NCBI GenBank assembly: GCA_964016885.1
Contig: OZ024752.1
Location: 44,268,001-44,332,000 of the forward strand
Source of the DNA: Eledone cirrhosa
Lineage: Eukaryota
Direction of reading: 5' to 3'
Length of the DNA: 64,000 nucleotides
The first letter of the stretch is position 1. Every line of letters starts with the position of its first letter. Both the position numbers and the translations under genes were made by a program. Shown here in pieces: positions 53,101 to 62,400 of the stretch. The notes below the pieces were generated by a model that saw only the letters and a list, made by a program, of their open reading frames with translations, ran no database searches and had not been told where the DNA came from.

Positions 53101-56035
53101 CTTTCAATAGTTCTGCCAATTGTTCAGTTTATTAAATTCTGGGCTTCTATCAATGAATTCATCTGATTTTCCTTTTCTATGGATTGATGCTTCATGTAAT
53201 TATTTGCCAGATTTATTAAATTATGCCACTCAAATTACATTAGATTAGTTTACAACCTTTTCAATATTAATAAATTCTATTTAAGTGAGGCTATTCCTTC
53301 GCTAATATAGATATGTTTCTGACATTTCCTATTACAGTGTTGTTTCTTTTATGAATATCTCACAATTCTGGTGTTCTTTTCTATTGCTTCCCCCTCATTA
53401 CTAATGCTGCTCCTCGGTAAACTTTATTAAAAAAGTCAGTGTGGGTGAGGAAATTGCTGGGGTTAAGTGAACTTCAATGTTGAGTCTGAATGCGGGAAAC
53501 CTCACAGGGGAACAGTTTGGATATTTTTGCTCATAATTTTTTCTAAATTTTTCATTATTTAAAAAAAAAAAATTGTTTCTACTTTAGGCACAAGGCCAGC
53601 AATTACCCAGTGCATTACTGGTACTTTATTTTATCGACCCCGTAAGGATGAAAGGCAAAGTCAACCTCGGTGGGATTTGAACTCAGATCGTAAAGGGGCG
53701 TAACTATGCTAGAAAGCATGGCGTCCGACCCTCTACTGATACTGCCAATCCACCGCCCTTTTAAAAAAAAATAATAGATGATTCTGTATTGTGGGTTGGT
53801 GATAGGGTGTCTTGTAGGTGTTACTATATTGTGGGGTGGTGATAGGGTATCTAGTATGTGTAACTATATTGTGGGGTGGTGATAGGGTGTCTTGTAGGTG
53901 TAACTATATTGTGGGGTGGTGATAGGGTGTCTTGTAGGTGTAACTATATTGTGGGGTGGTGATAGGGTGTCTTGTAGGTGTTACTATATTGTGGGGTGGT
54001 GATAGGGTGTCTTGTAGGTGTAACTATATTGTGGGGTGGTGATAGGGTGTCTTGTAGGTGTAACTACCACCATAGGCGGTGAGCTGGCCAGCCACAGGTG
54101 TAAGCCTCGCGAGATGCAATGGCTCTTCCAGTGCATCTCCCTTACCATCCTCCGGGGAAACGCTTTCTCCATTCTGTCTGCTGGGGCCGTAGGGCGGCCA
54201 GCACATGGGACCCGATTTACTGATAATACAGAGAGATGGGGAGGATAAGAGAGATGGAGGCAATGACGGTGGGAGTTCTTTTTCACTGAACTTTTTATGG
54301 TTAATTTGCAGAATTTCCTTCATGTAAAAACTTTTCACAGCTACTTTGTTGTAAAATGGATACCTTGCTATAACACACCTTTTCACATTGTGTATACCTT
54401 TATTTCCGACTTAGTTGTTTAATTACAGCAATTAGAGGAACTGTTTGATGCTACATTTGAATCTACTTGCACCATAAATATATTAGAATATGGCGGGGGG
54501 GGGGGGGGGGGGCTTTCTTCTAACTTTAGGTGTCGTTAAAATTGGAGGGTATTTTTTCTGTTTCAATTTTTGAATTCTTGTATTAGTATAGCTTTTACTT
54601 AAATGGTCGCTTTCTCTTCTTTTACTTAAATGGTCGCTTTCTCTTCTTTTACTTAAATGGTCGCTTTCTCTTCTTTTACTTAAATGGTCGCTTTCTCTTC
54701 TTTTACTTAAATGGTCGCTTTCTCTTCTTTTACTTAAATGGTCGCTTTCTCTTCTTTTACTTAAATGGTCGATTTCTCTTCTTTTACTTAAATGGTTGAT
54801 TTCTCTTCTTTAGGTGTAATAAAGAAATTTTGTTTGTATTGCAAATTCATACTTAGACATAAGTAGAAATATATGTAAATCAAATTGCTCTCCTGATCCA
54901 CTGAAGCAGATTCTATTTTTTTTTTTTTAAATGTGTTTGTCTATATTTGTGTGTGTCTGTGTGTGTTTGTCTATGTTTGTGTGTGTCTGTGTGTGTTTGT
55001 CTATATTTGTGTGTGTGTGTGTATTAATATGTATGCTGTATGTGTATTTGTATGTATGCTATGTATGTGTGTGTATGTATGTTATGTATGTGTGTGTATT
55101 TGTATGTATGTTATGTATGTATGTGTATGTATGCTATTATGTATGTATATGTGTGTATGCTATGTATGTGTGTGTGTCTATGTATGTATGCTATGTGTGT
55201 GTGTGTATGTTATGTATGTGTGTGTGTAAATGTATGTATGTGAGTGTGTATGTGTATGTGAAGTCTTTTGGTTATTTTATATTTTTATGTTAAGTAAAAA
55301 CGTGAAAGTTTTATTCAAAATTAAATTTTTGCCAAACATGCTGTATATGCAAATATATTAGTTGTATTAAGAGAGATGAATATATGATGAAAATTAGCAA
55401 TTTAATTAAATACAAATGTAAATTTACAAAGATCCTAAAAGATTAACACCAACAAATTAAAATTTAAATAAAATAAAATAATGACATGCTAAATGTACAA
55501 ATGTGTGGCTAAAACTCAAGTATGGGTAAAGATTGAGGGTAGCCATTTACGTGTTTTGTATTGAAGCAAATAACTGTGTCTACTCCGGCATTTTACATTA
55601 CATTACCTATTCAGTACACTGAGATGTAACTGGTCCTAGCAGTGAAACCCATGCTAGTCCCATCAACTTATATATATATATATATATGTGTGTGTCTGTA
55701 AGTCCCAGGTTCAATCGGGGGTAATCACAGTAAGTAAGGTACTCAATACATTAGTAGAGTGTATACAACAACATTTGATATAGAAATGGCTTCTACAGGA
55801 CTAGAACTGTTTCATTCGAAGGAAATTATCCCTGATGATTTCCTTCAAATGAAACAGTTCTAGTCCTGTAGAAGCCATTTATATATATATAACGAAAGAA
55901 GTGTGGTAAGGAACCAGGTGGACCATAACGCACCAGAGTACTCCATACTCTTTTCCTATATATATATATATATATAACCCATGCTAGCGTGGAAAATGGA
56001 TGTTAAATGATGATGATGATATATATATTCTTTTC

Positions 56036-56066
<31 letters not shown>

Positions 56067-59000
56067 CTCTTTTCCTTTATATATATATCTAGGGCAGGTA
56101 AAATTCCCGAGATCCATGGACGAGTTCTCTCCAGCGGTCTCTGTCTCTCATTATCGCTGCCATGTCCTGCGTCTCCAACAGACCAGTGTCTGTCCTTAGG
56201 GCATCAACATACGTTAACCTTGGTCTTCTTCTTCCAGTGTGTCCATGTAGAGGCTCCCACAGGAGCACTGAGTGCAATGTCAACTCTGGATATCGGTGAG
56301 CATGTCCAGCTAACCTCAGTCTCTTGAGCTGACTTTTGGGATGCTCCCATACAGCTCTGAGTTTTTCATCCTCAGTGTATACTGATTAATGTTCAGAGCC
56401 ATCCTCAGCATTCTCGTGTAGCACCCATCCACCATCTGAGTGAATTTCTTGGTCAGTGTCCAAGTCTCAGACCCGTACAGCAGCACAGACTCCACTACAT
56501 CAATGAAGAGGCGGATTTTCAGGTCTTTACAAAGGTCCGACTTCCACACCGATCTCAAGTTGTGGCACGCCGCCCAGGCTTTGCTCTTCCTCTCAACCAC
56601 ATCATTTTCCATATTCCCAATCTTTGCTCCCAAATACAGGAAGTCCTCAACCAATTCTAGCAGCTTCCCGCCTACATTAGTGATCCCCTCTGGCTTCTCA
56701 ACATTCTCTACCAGATATTTTGTTTTAGTCTCATTCATTCTCAGCCCCACACTCATCGACACAGTCTCAACCTCCTGCATCAAATCCTCTGCCTCCTTCA
56801 CTGTATTTGTCACCAAAACTATGTCGTCGGCAAATTCAGCATCTGATACCTTTTTCGCCTTAACTCTCCTGCTCTGAGCCGGTGCTACAGTAAAGCCAGA
56901 GTCCTGGTGTTTCTCCAGTGCAAGGCGCATACAATAGTCCACTACGATGATAAAAAGGTAGGGAGCTGATGTATCTCTCTGGAGCACTCCAGCCAGTATC
57001 TCAAAGAACTCTGTCATCCCATCAGGTGTAATGACTTGGGCTTTGGTGTTGGTGTAGAGCAGTGATATCAGGTCCACTATCCTCTTGGGGGTTCCATAAG
57101 CCTGTAAGATCTTCATCAGGCAGTGACGGTCCACAGAATCAAAGGCCTTCCTAAAGTCAATGAAAACCATGACTGCAGGAAGGCACTTTGCTCTAGCTCC
57201 CTCTAATATCCTTCTCAGCATCAGGATGTGACTGGTGATTGATCTTCCCTCTCTGAAGCCGTTCTGGTTGTCCCTAAGCTTCTTCTCCATCTCAGGCTGG
57301 ATCCTGTTAAGAATCATCCTGTTGAGAGTCTTTGCCACAAGTGATGTCAGTGAGATCCCCCTGTAGTTGTTGGTGTTACAGAGATCTCCCTTCTTTGGCA
57401 CTGGGACGATGTTACTGATCCTCCACTGATTCGGGGCAACTCCTTTCTCCAGTGCCTGGTTACAGAACCCCAGGATGATATCATCAAAATCACACCTCTT
57501 CATCACCTCTGATGCCATTCCATCTTCTCCATGAGCCTTGCTCTCCTTGATCCTCTTCTTGGCTCTCTGAAGCTCCTCTCTGGTGAAGGGCTCTCTCAAT
57601 ATTCAGTTCCTCAAACAGCCGCCTGATCTCCCCAGTGCTCTGGGCTGTGGAGGGTGGCTCTCCTAGTAGGGTCCTAAAATGGTCTAGCCATTTCCTTTTC
57701 CTATCCTCGGGCCCCATTCCCTGGATCTGACTCGAACACCTTCTCTTCCTCCCTGTGATCTCGTTGATGATCATCCAGCTCTCCTTACATCCAGATCTGC
57801 CAACCGCTCTCTCCACACTTCTGATCTTCTCTATCAGTGCCTCCTCTCTGGCCTCAGTGTAAGCGGTACAGAGTTCTTCCCTCATCACCTCCACAGTCTC
57901 CATTCTCTCCTCCGTAGGATCAACATAGAATTGGTCCTTGGCAGCTTTCAGGTGTTCTCTGGCTGCACACACTTTTGGGTTTGCAGAGCTGACGTGCTTC
58001 CTTTTGTTCTTTTTCCCCGGCACCTGGGTTTCACTTGCCTCCGCCACCGCATTGGTGAAGTGCCCGTACCTCCTCGTCATACTCTCCTCAGTCCATCCAA
58101 TCTCTCTCTCCTCTGTCTCTCTACACAGAGCACTGAACCTGTTCCTCACTTCCACTGTGAACCTTTCCTGTAGCTTATCTTCCTTGAAAGCTCCCCAGTC
58201 ATAGATTGCTCTCCGGGGCTGAACCTTGCTCTTTCTTAAGCTCACCCGGACCTCACTCATAACAAGCCGGTGGTCACTACCCAGTTTACTGAAATAGTTG
58301 TATGGTTCTGTGTTCAGAACACTATTCCGCCACTTTTTCCTCACCAGAATGAAATCAATCTGAGACTTGGACAGGTGCATATCTGAGATGTAGGTCCACA
58401 TCTTCCCCGGATTCTTCCTAAACCTTAGGTTGGTCGCTATCAAGTTTGCCTCCAGCAGGGTATCTCTCAGTAGTCTTCCATTGCGGTTGGTGTTGTTATG
58501 GAAGTACCAGCAAGGATCTTCACTGCCCTCCTTACTCAGATGTGCATTGAAGTCCCCCAAAACAAGCAGGATGTTGTGTGCTTGAGTGGTGTTGACAGCT
58601 CTACACACCCCCTCATGGAACTCTTCCGCACTCACATCACTATCTCCCTCGGTTGGACTATAGGCTGAGATGACTGTCAGTCTTGGGTTTCCATTGAAGG
58701 TTACCCTCAACACTCACGGCGAGACAGGCATTATTTCCCTCACTAATAGACCGGTTTTTGTGCTGAAAACAAAACCCACTCCTCCTACTGCAGCATTGGT
58801 CATGTTCCTCACTGCCGATGTGGTGATGAGCTGGCTCCTCTTCCCAATCATCACACTCCTCACGGGCTCATCGTGTAGGATCCTGTGTTCTTGGATCGCA
58901 AGTATCTGTATACCACTTTCCTCAAACAGATGTCCCAACTCCTCTCTCTTCTCCAGCGTCCGAATAGTCCTCACATTCAAAGTGTCCATTTTGATGGCTC

Positions 59001-59363
59001 TTCTGCAGGACAAAACTGCATTCTTTATATTTGTCTCAGATCCATCATCCACTGGCCCTCCCTGTGACTCTAAGCCAGCAGAGTCATAACGACCAGACTG
59101 CTCCTTGACAGTGTAATTAGGGGCTCTAACCCTAGTGCTGTTAGATCGACTCTCCATATTTAATTTCAATGGCTGACAATACCTTACCAGCGCCACTCGA
59201 ATAAGGTAGTTATTTAACCCATAAATGGGGCCCTAACAGGTACTACTACTCTGGGCCAGAGCAGACCTGGGAGTTATGACAACTAAGGGGTAACTTCACA
59301 TTCCCCACAGCCCCTGAACTCCTGAACTGGAGCCTTGCCACTGGATGTAGTGATAGTTAAAGA

Positions 59364-59417
<54 letters not shown>

Positions 59418-62400
59418 TCTTTTCCTATATATATATAATGTGTTTTTATACAGTCAGACAGAGATATATAATCATTAAAGAAAAAAGTTTATTTTGGTTT
59501 AAATTCTGAAAGTCTGCTGTGAAAATCTCCAAGATGCTGTAATAATTCTTATTTGATAAGAATCTGTCTAATTCTAACAACTATCAACAAATGAAAATAA
59601 TCTTCAGATGAAAATTTACATACTAAATATTTCAAAAAACCATATTTTGCTTACAAAATCAATAACAGTTCCATAAACAGATTTAGCATAATTTAAAACA
59701 GTAATAATATCTGTGTGTGTGTGTCTATGTATAGATATGTGTATATAGATAGATAGATATGTGTGTGTGTGTGTATATAGATAGATAGATAAATATGTGT
59801 GTATATATATATATATAGATATCTATATATATAGAGATATATAGATATCTCTCTCTATATATATATATAGATATAGATATCTATCTATGTATATATGTGT
59901 GTGTGTATATATAGATAGATAAATAGATATGTGTGTATAGATATATCTATATATATAGAGAGATATCTATCTATGTATATATGTGTGTATATATAGGTAT
60001 ATATATATATATATTGTTTGAATGAATAAAAGAAATGAAATATTTCTTGTAAATAAGAGAATCTTTTCTATGAAATGATCAAAGGAAAATATTTACAATT
60101 TAGATTTTAAAAAAAAAGAAAACCTCGTCTCCTTTCCCATTAAAATCACTTTCTTACGATTCCTTTCTCAAAGATTTGAAATTATTTTCCATAAATCTAT
60201 TCAGTTTAATTGCATGTATAAGTTATTATTAGGAAAAATTTAAGAGTCAGCAAACATGATTCTAGGTGTTTTACTGCTATCTGAAGAAGGAGCCCTGAGA
60301 GGTGGGGTGGCTATTGCAGTGGGTGTAGCTGGCCATTGTCTGCAGGGCGCAGCCCCATTACTGCCGCGCCCTAGCCCCAGAGCCCAAACTTTAGCTTCTT
60401 TATATAGAATAGCAGCAAAGAGATTAAAACTCATCATATTTACCTGTGAGGCTTATAGGGTAACCTGTCTGTACAGCAGAGAAATCCCATTTATGTCACA
60501 GCCTAACTATCTTAACAAAGAAGATGAATACATTGGTTATGTGGTTCTAGATACATTGTGTCTGGAAAAGATGGAATGGTCACATCTGGATAACAGAAGA
60601 CATTTGTTGAAGATGCTACACAGTGAAACTGAAGCTTATATCACATGGTTTGATCAGTGAACTCTTTAACTTCACAGCCTTACCTGTATAGCTATAAAAT
60701 ACTAATAAAAAGAAACTATCACAATTGAAAGAGACTGCAAGTTTTCCTTGTCAAACAAGAAATATTTTATCTTCAAGCTTATGTTGTTGTTGTTCTCTAA
60801 TTATCTCTAAAATTGTACGACTTCTTAATGAATCCATTAGCTTGAAAACAAAGACGACTATTTATCATTATTATTATCGTTTTGTTTTATATTTACTTGG
60901 TAAACTGTTATCTGTAATTTAATCTCTTTTGATCTTGTGAAAAAATATATTTTAATCTTATCAACAACTAAAACTTTCCATTTTAAATAATTGAAATGGT
61001 TTATATTTTCAGAAATGTCTGGGAACAAATTTCTTGTTCTGATGGAAGCCTTACTCTGGCATATTGTCCTACAGGGTTGTATTCAACCTGTCACAGCACT
61101 TATATTTGGTGTCATAATCTGTCCCCTAGCAGCATTTTTCTGTCTTCTATGTAAGTATCAAATATTTCCTCTCTCATAAAACAACAACAATAAAACAAAT
61201 TAAAACAAATCATATTGGAAACAAATTTTTCAAATATTTTTCAATAAGTTTTCCTAGAAATTCTGTTTGTTTCAAATTTTATACTTAAATTAAATATTGC
61301 ATCTTAAAAAAATTACTTTCTTGATATTTGCTAGTTTCCTTTTTTCTCTTTCTTTTCAACACACACACTCACACACACACACACACACTCACACACACAC
61401 ACACACACTCACACACACTCACACACACTCACTCCCACTCATTCACACACACTCATTCACACACACTCATTCACACACACTCATTCACACACACACTCAT
61501 TCACACACACACTCACTCACACACACACACACTCACACACACCACACTCACTCACTCACTCACTCACTCACACTCACTCACACACATTCACTCACTCACT
61601 CACATTCACTCACACACACACACTCACACACACACATTCACTCACACACACTCACTCACACTCACTCACTCACTCACTCACACTCACTCACACACACACA
61701 CATTCTCACACTCCCTTTCCTCTCTCACTCTCTCTTCCCTTTTCTCATATATCCTAAAGAATCAAACATCAAATATATATTTTACATTACATGTGTATCC
61801 AAATATTGATTAAAAAAAAGGCAACACCATTTTAGATAGTTAAATCAAGAGAAGCAAAAATAAATAACATTTTCTAGATATCATTTTAACTTTGGTTTTG
61901 TTCCTTGAAATATTGGAAGAGAGATTTTCTGCAAGCTTTACAAATATTTCACTTTTCAGTATATTATGTACATCACATAAGACCCAAGATACTCCATTAA
62001 GAAATAAGCTGCTAAATAAGCCAGCTGAAATATATTGTTATTACTAAGAGGTTACCTATATATATATTAGCAGTGAAAGAGAGCAAATAGTCTGCTAGTT
62101 TGACTGTTAAAGAATAATGGTATCTTGTCTGATTCTTAAACCTTCTACATGAAAAATGCGGCTGTATTGACAATGAAGCCAAACACTTTGCTAGCAGGAT
62201 TAAAGTCAATAATACTGAAAGTAATTTTAAATCAAGATAAATCGAGAATTCTGCTCCAAGGTGAAAGTCTTTATGTATGATCTGCAAAGTTTTCATTAAA
62301 AAACTGACTGTTACAAGATTAAAAGGAATGATAGATACTCTAAGTTAGCTACTAATTAAAATATATCTTAGCTTCTTTAGTTTTCTGATAAGTTTAGACA

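Noticed and set aside
53573-53757. tRNA gene (A/B boxes, GTTCAAATCC)
   Set aside because: No cloverleaf; it is the head of a multicopy SINE.
56440-59089. + strand ORFs 56440..56877, 57931..58204 and 58670..59089
   Set aside because: Antisense shadows of the RTE coding sequence.
61297-61813. His/Thr-rich ORFs (also about 20634-20900, 44911-45240, 49964-50404 and 54931-55293)
   Set aside because: Dinucleotide microsatellites that lack stop codons.
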